From Octopus sinensis (Eukaryota): DNA of 64,000 nt. The DNA is taken from assembly GCF_006345805.1 (NCBI RefSeq), contig NC_042997.1:72478001-72542000 (forward strand). Direction: 5' to 3'. Every line of letters begins with the position of its first letter. Position 1 is the stretch's first letter. The notes beneath the pieces were generated by a model. The model was not told the DNA's origin. It worked only from the letters and a program-made list of their open reading frames with translations, and ran no database searches. Below are positions 26,985-40,686 of this stretch, piece after piece. A program made the position numbers and the translations under genes.

Positions 26985-27990
26985 ATGGGGCAAAGCATGC
27001 CCCATGCAAATATTTTGCGAGAAATATGTAAGCAGCCCACCCATGATGATTATATCACATTTCTAGAGAGCAGAAACATGTGTGGTTGAAGTGTTATCAA
27101 TAGTAGTCCTTATGGGAAGACGAGTCTCCTCTTCAAGTCGACTTGCGTTTTCCAATCAGAGGTTGGATAGAAAATAGACCGCAAGTTATGTACTGATTTG
27201 AACTAAGGTGTAGTCTTTCTTTAAGAACATGAAACTCTTGTGTGGTGGTTACTGTTTGTTAGGTTTAACACATTTCACGCTTGTCCATTTGAGAATTTGT
27301 GAAAGCAGCTTGTCCTGTCACGTTACATAACGACCTCTCCCGCTTCCCCAGTGCAGGTGTTGCTCCACACTACTTGGTTGATGTGTCCATAGTTGTTTTA
27401 TTGCTGGTAAGAGGTTAGTATTTTCCCTGGTCAGTATTTCAGAGTTTCCTCTAAGACAGCGGGCGGCGTTCGAGTGCTTAGACCAACCGTATCTATTACC
27501 TCTTGTGAGCAAGTCCTACTCTCTGTATAGTTATACTTTTCCTCTCAATCACGGATCCCTTGCACCATGATGACTCTCTTGCCACTGGCATTGGTATATT
27601 TCCACCTCTTGGTACTGTAGTGTTCAAGATGTAGCCTTCCCCGTCAAACTACTCCCCAAATTTCCTGACATTGCCCATATGATTCCATTTTCTTTACAAT
27701 TTCCTAGAAATTCCACATTCTACAACACTTTATAATCTTGCTGTCATACCCGACTTCCTCATCTTCACAGAGAATCAATGTGTTGATTTCCTTAGCCTTC
27801 GTGGCCTTGAATTCTTTCAGCAATGAGGAAATTAGTTGGCGAAACTTAGATACCTTGAGCTTCAGATGGGCTGTCTCTCCATTGCCTCCACCCGGGTCAT
27901 GCCAAATAATATTTCAAAAATAGTCACTGCAGCCTGGCTGTGATGCCATATTGGAAGCAACATACTTTGAACATTTCGAGTAGCTAAATT
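26985..27990 (-). mobile_element. LINE-derived remnant co-duplicated within the array (copies at 35700-36710, 49560-49950)
   Basis: Shared ORF remnants (LLTRGNRYGWSKHSNAARCLRGNS) at 27318-27512 and 36108-36362. Confidence 0.65.
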
Positions 27991-28310
27991 TTATCAAGTA
28001 CCCTCATATATAAATTTGCCCTTACTCTCTTCAAGAGTTTAGCGACTATGTCTCTGTGCATATTTAATGTGGGCACTAAGTAGAAGCACTCATTTATACC
28101 CTCAGTTTCATCGCTTTTCATTTCTATTAAAATTTGTTCTATGTTTTTCGACGGCATGTCTTTTGTTTTCATGCAGTCTGTCGCGGGTTCTAAAACTGAG
28201 CTATAGCTGACCAAACTTTTAAAAATATTGAAATATTGAAATTGTATTGAAAACTGTAAATGTTTTAAAATAAAATATTATTTAAATGGTTTCCTCTATT
28301 CCATTTTTAG

Positions 28311-28385
28311 AATTCGAAGATATGATATCAGACGAGTTCGAGTCTGAGGCCGAAGAGACGGAGGATTTAAAGCTAGAGACACCAG
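28311..28385 (+). CDS. Exon E3 (75 nt): EFEDMISDEFESEAEETEDLKLETP
   Basis: ccatttttag|AATTC...ACACCAG|gtatga; one-codon deletion relative to consensus. Confidence 0.82.
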
Positions 28386-28753
28386 GTATGAATTATGCAT
28401 GCATGTATACATACATATATGCATGCATGAATGCATGCATACATGCATTCATGTATACATACATACATACATACATACATACATACATACATACATACAT
28501 ACATACATACATACACACATACACATATACAGACATGCATACATTCATACAAACATGCATGCATACATACTTACATACATGCATGTAGGCATGTCACAAT
28601 CTCTATGAGAGATAACCAAATCAATCCGTATGTCAGATACTTTGTATGATTGTGAAATTTGTCGCAAATATTCAAATAACAAAAAGAAAAAAATCTTTAA
28701 ATATTTAGTATTAAAACTTCGAATAATAACTTTCCTCCATTTCAATTCTCTAG

Positions 28754-28831
28754 AATTCGAAGAGGATACGATACCAGGGGAGTTAGAATCTGAGGCCGAG
28801 GAGACAGAGAATTCTGAATTGGAGACACTAG
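28754..28831 (+). CDS. Exon E4 (78 nt): EFEEDTIPGELESEAEETENSELETL
   Basis: ttctctag|AATTC...ACACTAG|gtatga. Confidence 0.82.
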
Positions 28832-29655
28832 GTATGAATTGCGTTTGCATATTTACAGACACATATATGTACATATATGCATCCATACATACACACGCGC
28901 GCACTTATGTAGTGACACACACACAAACACACACACAAACTCACACACAAATTTTAAATTCTAAAGGCAAAAACCACTGGATACAAAAATTCTCGTTTAT
29001 GGTAAAAGGTGTGAAAACACTTTATCTGCTCTGTCCCCTATCGGACATCTAGACAAGTTTCTAGATTTTTAGCCTTCTTCAGTCAGAGAAACCAAAGAGA
29101 GATAACCCTCTTTAGTAGTAGTAACGCTACTATATTTGTCCTACCGGACGGTCTGGGAACTTAAGTCAGTCACTGATATTAACCATCCTAAGATATCCGA
29201 TTATAAAGCCGTAGGTAATCTGCCATGGGTTATCTCTCTTCGGTATCTCCAAGTGAGGAAGAGAAAAGATCCAGAAACGCGTACAGGGGCAACACTGAAC
29301 AGATAAGGTGTTTACAAACCTTTTACCTTGGGTGAGAATTTTTCTCCACAGTAAAATGCAATGATTTTGCCTTTAGAAGTTAAAATATATTACAAATATG
29401 TTGAACTAACCTAAAGTTTCACATTGCTCTAGATCACTCAGCTGTAGAAATGAGTTGTGACGTCACTGGTGCCAAGCTGTATCGGCCTTTGCCTTTCCCA
29501 TGGAAACGGTGGCATGGAGAGGGGAGACTGGAATGCATGGGCGACTGCTGGTCTTCCATAAACAACCTTGCTCGGGCTTGTGCCTTGGAGGGTAACTTTC
29601 TAGGTGCATCCCATAGTCATTCATGACTGACGGGGTTCTTTACACTTTATATATA

Positions 29656-29815
29656 TATACACGTTTGAGAGGGAAACCACTATGTGGACACCCTTATGCT
29701 TGAAATAGATCTGCTATGGCCTTACCACTAAAAAAATTCTTAGTGGTAAGACCATAGCAGATCTATTTTTAGCATAAGGGTGTCCACATAGTGGTTTCCC
29801 TCTCATACGTGTATA
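29656..29815. mobile_element. TA-flanked foldback MITE (~72-bp arms, 8-nt loop)
   Basis: TA|CACG...CGTG|TA; near-perfect self-complementarity. Confidence 0.85.
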
Positions 29816-30084
29816 ATACAATTTTTCTGAACCTTCAGTTTTTTAATATGCTAGACCACTGGTGTGAAATCGATGTTAATTAAATTAGTATCTAATTTCT
29901 CCCCCTCATTTATATAGTCCTGTAATTGCCAGCAGTAAGAGTCATATTTGGAATGGGTGTTAAACAAGGAGCACCATCTCTCCAATGCTCTACACATGAT
30001 ATCAAGAAATGGTCATCGGCTGGACAGGCTTGACACGCACGCGCGCTCGTGTACACACGCGCACGCACGCACACACACACACAC

Positions 30085-30133
<49 letters not shown>

Positions 30134-30304
30134 CATCACACAAATATATATAAATATTTGAAAGCATACGTTTCTGGGTAAGTATTTATGCATAAATATG
30201 TGTTATGGTTGATTATATTAGCTGTATGTGTTTTCTTTATTTTTAAATCGTGTTTTTACAACTGAAAAGAATCTGGCGGTCATCACAAATTGCAATACTT
30301 GAAT

Positions 30305-31012
30305 TCGGATTAGTTAGTTAGTTAGTTAATTAATTTTTGGGCTCAAAAAGCAAAAAGCAAGACCATGTAGGGTTACATGGAGTTATGTACAGGGTGGTGT
30401 TCAAGTAAAGAGTTCAGGCCACTTGTGGTCAAGGGAGACTTTGAACCGAGCGGTCGTCGACATCTTCACCATCTCGTCCGGCAGCTTATTTCACGGATCC
30501 GCAACCCGGACGGAGAAAGCCCCTCTCCTTCGATTGAGATGAAATCGTCGCAGATAGAGCTTTTCGGAATGACCCCGCAGCCGACGCTCTGGAGCAGGAG
30601 TGAAGAACAGCTCTTTCGAGAGGTTACACTTTCCGCTTATGATGTTGTGAGCAACAATGAGATCACCACGGCGTCGTCGTTTTTCTAGAGAATGAAGGTC
30701 GAGCGTCTTCAGCCTTTCTTCATAAGACAAATTCTTGAGACCAAGAACCATGCGGGTAGCCAGCTTCTGGACTCTTTCGAGATGCTGTATGTCTTTGAGG
30801 AGATAAGGAGAAGAGGCTTGAATCCCGTACTCCAATATGGGTCTCACCAGCGTGACATAGAGCGGTAGGAATATGGCTGCTGTGAGCATTCCGAATGACC
30901 GTCGAATCAAGAACAGAACTCCGCGTGCTTTGTTGGCAGCATGGACGCACTGGGCCGAAGGCGAAAAGGAGGAATCCACCAAGATACCCAGGTCCTTTAC
31001 CTGATCGCACTG
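30305..31012 (-). mobile_element. CR1-clade LINE 3' fragment with a (CTAA)n tail
   Basis: ORF 30491-30982: LYVTLVRPILEYG..LERVQKLATRMV..LSYEERLKTL..RRRGDLI. Confidence 0.9.
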
Positions 31013-31359
31013 GACTCTTTACTATTCTACAGGTCTGCTTACAACTTGTATTAGTAAGATATATGTTATGTGGTCGCTTTGTCTGCTGGAAAAATCCAAG
31101 AGATTCAAATCGTCAGTATTCAATAAGATAACCAAGCGTTGAAATAATTATTAAAAAACGTGGAGATTTTATGGTGTTGAAAAGCTTCTGATTTCGAAGT
31201 AAATCTCATATTTTCCCGTGCAGTAGCGATTTTAAAATCTCTATGTCAAATACTTTGTACGTTTGTTCTTCTTTTGCGTCAAAAATATTCAAATGGCATA
31301 AAATATTTAAATGTTTAATGCTAAAACTTTATATCAAAGTCTTCTTTCCACTTCTCTAG

Positions 31360-31437
31360 AATTCGAGGAGGATATGATACCAGAGGAGTTAGAGTCTGAG
31401 ACCGAGGACTCGGGGGATTTAGAGCTAAAAACACCAG
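31360..31437 (+). CDS. Exon E5 (78 nt): EFEEDMIPEELESETEDSGDLELKTP
   Basis: cttctctag|AATTC...ACACCAG|gtatga. Confidence 0.82.
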
Positions 31438-31554
31438 GTATGAATTATATATACATACATACGCACTTTTACACTGCATATATGCATGTAGGCGCACAGA
31501 CACGCACGTGCATACATGTGTATGTTGAATGTATGTAGGTATATAAATATATAT

Positions 31555-31605
<51 letters not shown>

Positions 31606-31611
31606 TATAAT

Positions 31612-31669
<58 letters not shown>

Positions 31670-32036
31670 CATACATACATACATACATACATACATACAC
31701 ACACAAACACTAAAACCACTACTTGTTAGCTTTAACACTTTTCAAGTCTGTCCATTTGGAAATTTCTGTAAGTAGCTTGTCGTACCACATCACTTATCAA
31801 CTTCTGCCCCCTGCCCCAGTGCAAAGAGTTGCTGCACACTTCTTGCAGGATGGCTCTTCCATTAAGCTGTATGGTTTAAGGTTGCATCATGCTACCAAAT
31901 GTTTAGCGAAGGCTGAAACCTGGAAGGATAAGTTCCCATGATTAGTGTTGATCACCGAAATTACCAGCTTTGTGCCAAAAGTTGAAACCAATATTAAAAT
32001 TACATATAAAAGGTTTCCTCCTTTCAATTTCTCTAG

Positions 32037-32114
32037 AATTTGAAGAAGATACGATACCAGAGGAGTTAGAGTTTGAGACCGATGAGATGGAAGATTTAGA
32101 ACTGGAGACACCAG
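32037..32114 (+). CDS. Exon E6 (78 nt): EFEEDTIPEELEFETDEMEDLELETP
   Basis: tttctctag|AATTT...ACACCAG|gtatga. Confidence 0.82.
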
Positions 32115-32232
32115 GTATGAATTACATATACATATATACAGACACATATATGCATGGACACATGCATACACACGTTCGCACTCACATACTCACTCACACA
32201 CACACACACACACCACACACACACACACACAC

Positions 32233-32271
<39 letters not shown>

Positions 32272-32819
32272 TAACTTCTAAAGGGAAAAACCACTGCATT
32301 TTACTGTAGAGAAAAAAAAATGTTCGCCTCCGGTAAAAGGTGTGAAAATATGTATTCTGTTCTGTCCTCTATCGAACTCCAAGGCGCTTTTCTGAAACTT
32401 TAGCCTTCTTCAGTGAGAGATACCAAAGAGAGATAAACTTAGGCAGTTCATAAAGCCTTAGTAGTAGTAGTAACGCTATTGTTCTGACCAGACGGTCGGG
32501 GAGCAAAAGTCAGTCACTGATATTATCTATTCTAAGATATACGATTATAAAGTCGTAACTACGGCTTAATAATCAGCAATTGGTTATCTCTCTTTAGCAT
32601 CTCCTACTGGGAAAGGATAAGGATCCAGAAACAAGTCTATAATCCAATAGGTAACAACATGTTACAAATATATTTGATCTAAACTAAAGCTTGTTTACCT
32701 TGCAATACTGCTAATGGTTGCTATAATTATATGTACGTGTACATTTATATACATAAATACACACTTACATGTATACGAACATAAATGCACATATATATGT
32801 GTGTGTGTGTGTGTACATA

Positions 32820-32896
<77 letters not shown>

Positions 32897-33107
32897 GATA
32901 CACAGACGCGCGCACACACACACGCACACACACAGACAAACACACATACAAACATACAGACAAATGTATATATAAATATTTAAAACACTGAATGCATGTT
33001 ATCTGGAAAATATTTATGCATACAAATGGAAATGGTTTTTGTTTTGCTTCACAGATATCAAAAATGCATAAAAAACTTTAAATGAGTCCTCGTTTTCATT
33101 CCTCTAG

Positions 33108-33170
33108 AATTAGAAGAGGACATAGAGCCTGAGACCGAGGAGATGGAAAATTTAGAGTTGGAGACACCAG
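33108..33170 (+). CDS. Exon E7 (63 nt): ELEEDIEPETEEMENLELETP; second in-frame donor at 33260
   Basis: attcctctag|AATTAG...ACACCAG|gtatga. Confidence 0.8.
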
Positions 33171-33547
33171 GTATGAATTACATATACATATATACAGATA
33201 CATATATACATGAAAGCATACATACACATAAGCACTCACGCCTACTCACGGAGACACCAGGTATGAATTATATATACAGAAACATATATCTACTTGTAAA
33301 GTATGTTACAAGACCTCTTTGTATACAGGAAAATCCTAGATTTTCATGAACGTTAATGAAATATTTACTTATAACCAAGAGTTGCAATATCTATTTGTAA
33401 ATATCTGAAGAGTAAATCACGAAACACCTGTTCATGAATATTCTGATATCTACCAGTTTTTGTATTGTCTCAAATATTCAAAAAGCATTAAAAATTGTAA
33501 ATATCTAAAATTTTATATAAAATGTTTCTTTATTTCCATTCCTCTAG

Positions 33548-33610
33548 AATTGGAAGAGGACTTAGAGTTTGAAACCGAGGAGACGGAGAATTTAGAGCTG
33601 GAGACACCAG
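33548..33610 (+). CDS. Exon E8 (63 nt): ELEEDLEFETEETENLELETP
   Basis: attcctctag|AATTGG...ACACCAG|gtatga. Confidence 0.8.
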
Positions 33611-33615
33611 GTATG

Positions 33616-33649
<34 letters not shown>

Positions 33650-34263
33650 ATCAAAACTGCTTGATTCTTATTCGTTGGTGCTCTTGAGTTTCAAGAGTGA
33701 TGCTAGTCGTCAGCCATTTTGAATTTGAATTTGAAGTTGATTGTTATTACCGTAAGGTGGGCTGCGATCGTTCGATGAAGGTCACACGGTGGCGTATGGG
33801 TTAGTCGGAAAATACTGGTCGGTGAACAGAAAATAGACCACGTGGCGGTTAGGAAATCGGTCAGGTTGTTAGTGATGAAGTAGGAAGGGGTGGCATGTGC
33901 AAATATATAGTTCTGTATGTGGGTGTATAGATGCGCTCATATGGTTTTGCGTGCATGTGTGTATTGATACAAGCGTGCGCATCTGTACATGGGCGCGCAC
34001 GTGCACATCTGCACACACACGCGCGCACGCTTGGACGAATACACCCGCGCACACACACGCATACACGCACTTACACACACACGCATACACCTACACACAT
34101 ATGCGTATTCATTCATATGTACATATGTATATTCGCATGCATACCAGTGTGCGCATGCATACGTGAATTCCCGCGCGCGCGTGAGTATACACGCGCAAAA
34201 CAAGCGTTGGGGATTGGTAAGCGTTGGGAATTGGTGGTTCTGCCCATGGAGTTGGTTGGTAGC

Positions 34264-34316
<53 letters not shown>

Positions 34317-34318
34317 GT

Positions 34319-34543
34319 ATGCATGTATAATTGTCACAAAATTTGACTGGGTGTTAGAACACCTATATTATTAGAAATAAGTGCTAAACAGCTCTAATGC
34401 TATAGTATAAGCAGATAATTGTATACATATGTACTGAATACAATTATGTGCTTTAACTACAGCATTAGAGCATTTCAGCTCTTATTTCTAGCAATGTAGG
34501 TGTTCTAACACCCTGTCAAATTTAGTGACAATTATACATGCAT
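34319..34543. repeat. ~225-bp foldback palindrome (MITE-like)
   Basis: atgcatgtataattgtcacaaaatttgactgggtgttagaacaccta... pairs with ...taggtgttctaacaccctgtcaaatttagtgacaattatacatgcat. Confidence 0.85.
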
Positions 34544-35095
34544 GCAAGATGATGAATGGACACAAAGCTACTGGAAAAGATGGCATAATAACAAGGATGT
34601 TAATGTGCAGAGAGTAAGAGCAGACTGAACAGCTCGTTCTGCACTTCAATTGCTGTGTGAAAGAGGGTAAAATACCTTCGCGGTGAAAAGCCTCGAACAC
34701 CATCTTTCTTCTATGAATTTCACTTTCAGTAAAGTCTTTATTTTTTTATTGATCTGCTTTCAGTTTGCATTTGTAAGGTGTATATTACGTGATCACTTTG
34801 TGATAAAATCTTGAAACTTAACACCACAAATGAAGTATTCACTAATTCAACAAAGTGTTGCAATAAATATTTGTAAATATAAGGCGATTTTATCTGGTTA
34901 AAAGGCAGAAGATTTCAAAGTACTTGTTCATAAATGTTCTCATATTTTCACGGGTAGAGGAGATTTGTAAATTCATATGCGAAATGCTTTCTATGATTGA
35001 GAATGATTTTTGTATTTAGTCATAAATACTAAAATAGCATAGAAAACAGTAAATATCACAATATATGAAGTGTTTCAACTTTTCCATTTCTCTAG

Positions 35096-35173
35096 AATTC
35101 GAGGAGGATACGACATCAGAAGAGTTTGAATCTGAGGCTGACGAGAAAAAAAACTTAGAACTGGAGACGCCAG
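35096..35173 (+). CDS. Exon E9 (78 nt): EFEEDTTSEEFESEADEKKNLELETP
   Basis: tttctctag|AATTC...ACGCCAG|gtatga. Confidence 0.82.
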
Positions 35174-35393
35174 GTATGAATTACACATACATACATGCAC
35201 ACTTATACAACTACATATATGCATGCACGCAGACACACACACATACACACTCGTACACACATAAATCTGTATGTTAGGTGTTTTGTATGATTGTGAATGT
35301 ATGCTGTATACAGTCTCAAATAGGATAAAAAAAACTTTAAATATTCAATATTAAAATTTTATGTAAAAGTTTTCCGCCTTTCCATTTCTCTAG

Positions 35394-35471
35394 AATTCGA
35401 GGAGGATATGATACCAGAGGAGTTAGAGCCTGAGACCGAAGACTCGGAGGATGTAGAACTGGAGACAGCAG
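35394..35471 (+). CDS. Exon E10 (78 nt): EFEEDMIPEELEPETEDSEDVELETA
   Basis: tttctctag|AATTC...ACAGCAG|gtatga. Confidence 0.82.
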
Positions 35472-35556
35472 GTATGAATTATACACACACGCTCACACAT
35501 ATCCACGCACATTCACAGATGCAAACGCACACATATACATGCACACACGCACACAT

Positions 35557-35625
35557 ATATGATACAAGGTGAGGTAGAATGTAGAATTTAGAGCTGGAGA
35601 CGATGGGTCTAAATAACATATACAT
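35557..35625 (+). pseudogene. Decayed exon relic (no acceptor, internal deletion, degenerate donor)
   Basis: atatgatacaaggtgaggtagaat..gtagaatttagagctggagacgatgg|gtctaaataacatatacatac aligns to the exon consensus and donor flank. Confidence 0.6.
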
Positions 35626-36792
35626 ACGTACACACGTATATGCACACGTGCGCGCGTATACACGCATATACGTTGTGTGTATGTAGGTTACAAGTACATA
35701 TTTATATATATAAGTGAAATAAAAATGGGAGATGCTTTGCCCCGTGCAAAGTTTCTTGGGGAGAAATATGTTGTCCACCCTAAGTGCTGTAAGCTCAACC
35801 ATGGTTAACGTATCGCATTCTTAAAGAGCAGAAACATGTGTAGTCGGAGTGTTGTTAATACTAAACCATTTGGGAAGATCAACCTCCCTTTCAAGTCAAC
35901 TTTCATCTCCCAGTCTGAGGTTGGATGGAAAATAGACTGCAGGTCATCTATTGATTTTAACTTAGGTTTCGTCATTCTTCCAGAACATGAAACTCTTGTG
36001 TGGTGGCTGCTTTAACACATTTCACGTCTGTCCATTTGAAAATTTGTGAAAGCAGCTTGTCCTGTCACATCACGTAACCACCTCTCTCACTTCCCCAGTG
36101 CAAGTGTTTATTGTTGGTAAGAGGTTAGTAAAGTTACACGGGTGGAAGGAGAATTTTCCCTGGTCAGTATTCCAGAGTTTCCTCTAAGACAGCGGGCGGC
36201 GTTCGAGTGCTTAGACCAACCGTATCTATTACCTCTTGTGAGCAAGTCATACTCTCTGTATACAGTTATACTTTTCCTCTCAATCACGGATCCCTTGCAC
36301 CATGATGACTCTCTTGCCACTGGCATTGGTATATTTCCACCTCTTGGTACTGTAGTGTTCAAGATGCAGCCTTCCCCGTCAGACTACTCCCCAAATTTCC
36401 TGACATTGCCCATATGATTCCGTTTTCTTTACAATTTCCTAGAAATTCCACATTCTACAACATTTTATAATCTTGCTGTCATACCCGACTTCCTCACCTT
36501 CACAGAGAATCAATGTGTTGATTTCCTTAGCCTTCGTGGCCTTGAATTCTTTCAGCAATGAGGAAATTAGTAGGCAAAGCTTAGATATCTTGAGCTTCAG
36601 ATGGACTGTGCCTCATTGCCCCCACCCGGGTCATGCCAGATAATATTTCAAAAATGGCCACTGCAGTCTGGCTATGATGCCATATGAGAAGCAACATTTC
36701 GAGTAGCTAAATATTATGAATTGCATTTAGCCTAGTCTAGTTGGCTGCTGGCATATTCAGCATATGTGTATGTATATATATGTGTGTGTGTA

Positions 36793-36889
<97 letters not shown>

Positions 36890-36998
36890 ATCACGTGACC
36901 GACCAGGCTATCAGATGTTGCTACACATCGCTGGTCACAATGCGCTTCGCATTGTTTTAGCCTTCAAACGACGCCTCCCCGCTGGCTAAGCGAGCAGG

Positions 36999-37079
<81 letters not shown>

Positions 37080-37081
<2 letters not shown>

Positions 37082-38098
37082 TAAATAAAATAATAATTTT
37101 TATTATAGAAAAAACTCAAATGTCTAAATTAGAAACTTAAATTCCGTTTTTAAATTTTAGTTAATGACACGATTTTCGAAAGCTAAATAAACCTTTTCTA
37201 TTTAAGATATTTTAAGAAGTTTTATTGTATTGTATACTATATAACTACTGATTGTTAATTTGAATCTATAATTATTTAGTTGATGATATGTATTTAATTA
37301 GATTATAACTGTACGTAATTTGTAAGATATTACTTAGTCACTAAGGTTTTAGATCGTAAAATATTTATACGGTTCTTTTAAGATAGGTTATACGTTTTTA
37401 ATTTGATTTTTAATCTTTAATTTTTAAATGTATTTCATAAATATATTATATTGATATTTATAATATTTATGTAAGTAATAATGGACTAATTAATTTTTTA
37501 ATTTTTCATTATATGTCTATATATTTATTGATAGAGTAAATTTTAGATTTTAATTACTATATTTGTTGATTATAATTTAGATACTTATTTTTAAATATTT
37601 TATAATTATTAGATGTGAACTTAAATCTAAAAATATGAATAGTGATTATTTTGTTAAATAATTTGGTAATTAAATATTGAACTATAACTGAGTTAAGGAT
37701 ATTCGAGATGTTATGTTTTTTTTAAAGCCATATTATATCTTAATAGATAAATACATATTTCTATCTATTTTTTTACCTTAAAAATAAATATTTAACATAA
37801 TAAATGTGTTGTAGGAAATAATCCTAATGTTTAAGTTTCTAATTTAGACATTGGAGTTTTTTCTATAATAAAAATATTATTTTATTTATTTCTTAAATAA
37901 ATATTGTTTATCTCTATTTGCTTGTTTATTTAACTATTATCATTAATCTGAAGATTGACTATAATTTTAATTCAAATATATTTTAATTGAATTTAAACTT
38001 AACTGTAATTCGAATTTAATAGCCATGAAACGTACGTAGAGATTTTACTTATTATATTATATTTATCATTCATTTTATACTTTTTGAAAAAAGAATAG

Positions 38099-38100
<2 letters not shown>
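37080..38100 (+). mobile_element. Extremely AT-rich, decayed Penelope-like remnant ending in a hammerhead motif
   Basis: Motif at 37945-38046 has the same architecture as the PLE hammerhead at 22079; no long ORF remains. Confidence 0.4.
37945..38046 (+). ncRNA. Type I hammerhead motif, stem I damaged
   Basis: aau CUGAAGA uugacuau...auagccau GAAA c guac g UA gagauu. Confidence 0.5.
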
Positions 38101-38146
<46 letters not shown>

Positions 38147-38351
38147 TTATGTGTGTGTGTGTGTATGTATTATATACATTATATTATATTAATTATATAT
38201 ATTATTTGTTATTTATGTATTGGTCTATGTCTATCACTGTTTGAGTTGCATCATAGTGGTTTTATCTCTAATTCATATTTTATATTTACACTGTGAAATT
38301 TTATTTGATACTAAATTGAATTTTTCCCTGTAAGTTTGGAGTTATACTCTC

Positions 38352-38386
<35 letters not shown>

Positions 38387-38400
38387 TATTATTATTATTA

Positions 38401-38463
<63 letters not shown>

Positions 38464-38467
<4 letters not shown>

Positions 38468-39211
38468 TAGTTTTATTTTTATAGCGTGCTTTCACTTCAC
38501 TACCGAGCGCAGCTCAGGTGTGCCTTAGGTATGTGCTGTGATTCGTTGTGATGCTCTGATGGTTATTGTATGGAAAATGTTCTGCGTAGGATGTGTGCAG
38601 TGCCTAGTAGTGCAATTTTCTGTATGTTATATGTGTTTGTAAGTCCTGGTGTTTTTGTTATGTATTTGTCTGAATAATTTTTTATCACGCCTAATGCACC
38701 TACTATGATAGGAATTGTTTCTGTTTTTAGATTCCACATTCTGGTTACCTCTATTTCCAGGTCTTTGTATTTTGAAAGTTCCTCCATTTCTTTTAGAGAC
38801 ACGTTGTTATTATTATTATTATTCTATGTTTGACTTTTGCTTTATGTCTGTACAAGTTGGCTCCAAGTCTCACCCAGAGACCTCAAGAGACAACAGGTTG
38901 GAAGTTCTGTGCCATATATTTGGTTTTTTTTCTTTGGTGTTGTACTAGTGAATGTCTAATACATAAAAAAAAATAAATAAAAAAAATAAAAAAAATAAAA
39001 AATAAAAAATAAAAATAAGAACAAAAAAAAGTTTGTTTTAAACCTTGGGATTACATAGAGAGTATTTTGTGTAGGATATGAGCAGTTCCCATGAGCACTA
39101 TCTTTTGAATTTCTGCCATTTTGGGGTTTCCTGGTATCTGAGTTAGGTAGCAATCAGTCCCTTTCGCTATCATTCCCAGGGCACCTATGACAACAGGTAT
39201 TGTTATTATTA

Positions 39212-39261
<50 letters not shown>

Positions 39262-39919
39262 TATTATTATTATTATTATTATTATCATTCAGTAATTTTA
39301 TTTTTATAACGTCCTTTCACTTCACTACCGAGCGCAGCTGTGTGCCTTGTGTATGTGATGTGATTTGTTGTGATGCGTAGATGGTTACTGTATTGAAAGT
39401 GTTCTGCGTAGGATGTGTGTAGTGCCTAGTAGTGCAATTTTCTGTGTGTTATATGCGTTTGTAAGTCCTGGTGTTTTTGTTATGTATTTGTCTGAATATT
39501 TTTTTATCATGCCTAATGCACCTACTATGATAGGAATTGTTTCTGTTTTTAGATTCCACATTCGAGATACCTCTATTTCCAGGTCTTTGTATTTTGAAAT
39601 TTTCTCTATTTCTTTTAGAGACACGTTGTCATCTGCCGGTATTGATACATCAATTAGAAAGCAATTTTTTCTTCATGATCTCTGACAACTATATCTGGTC
39701 TGTTGGCCTTAATTTCTCTATCTGTGTGTATTGGCATATCCCAGAGAATGGTTGCTTTCTCGTTTTCTGTGACCTTTTCTGGTGTGTGTCTATACCATCT
39801 TTTTTCTGTTGTTATTCCATAATGTTGGCATAGCTTCCAGTGTATGTAGGTCGCAACTCTGTCGTGTCTGTAAATATATTCCTTCTTAGCCAGGACTGGG
39901 CAGCCTATTATTATTATTA

Positions 39920-40002
<83 letters not shown>

Positions 40003-40650
40003 GTTATTATTATTATTATTATTCAGTAGTTATATATTTATAGCGTGCTTTCACTTCACTACCGAGCGCAGCTGTGTGCCTTGTGTATGTGATGTGATTT
40101 GTTGTGATGCTCTGATGGTTACTGTATGGAGAGTGTTCTGCGTAGGATGTGTGCAGTACCTAGTAGCGCAATTTTCTGTGTGTTATATGTGTTTGTAAGT
40201 CCTGGTGTTTTTGTTATGTATTTGTCTGAATATTTTTTTATCATGCCTAATGCACCTACAATAGGAATTGTTTCTGTTTTTAGTATCCACATTCTAGTTA
40301 CCTCTATTTCCAGGTCTTTGTATTTTGAAATTTTCTCTATTTCTTTTAGAGACACGTTGTCATCTGCCGGTATTGATACATCAATTAGAAAGCAATTTTT
40401 TCTTCATGATCTCTGACAACTATATCTGGTCTGTTGGCCTTAATTTCTCTATCTGTGTGTATTGGCATATCCCAGAGAATGGTTGCTTTCTCGTTTTCTG
40501 TGACCTTTTCTGGTGTGTGTCTATACCATCTTTTTTCTGTTGTTATTCCATAATGTTGGCATAGCTTCCAGTGTATGTAGGTCGCAACTCTGTCGTGTCT
40601 GTAAATATATTCCTTCTTAGCCAGGACTGGGCAGCCTATTATTATTATTA

Positions 40651-40686
<36 letters not shown>

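Larger units (their letters stand above)
34545..35527 (+). repeat. ~980-bp segmental duplication, partner at 53628-54610 (offset 19,083)
   Basis: Same offset at the start, at E9/E16 and at E10/E17; only a handful of substitutions seen by eye. Confidence 0.9.
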
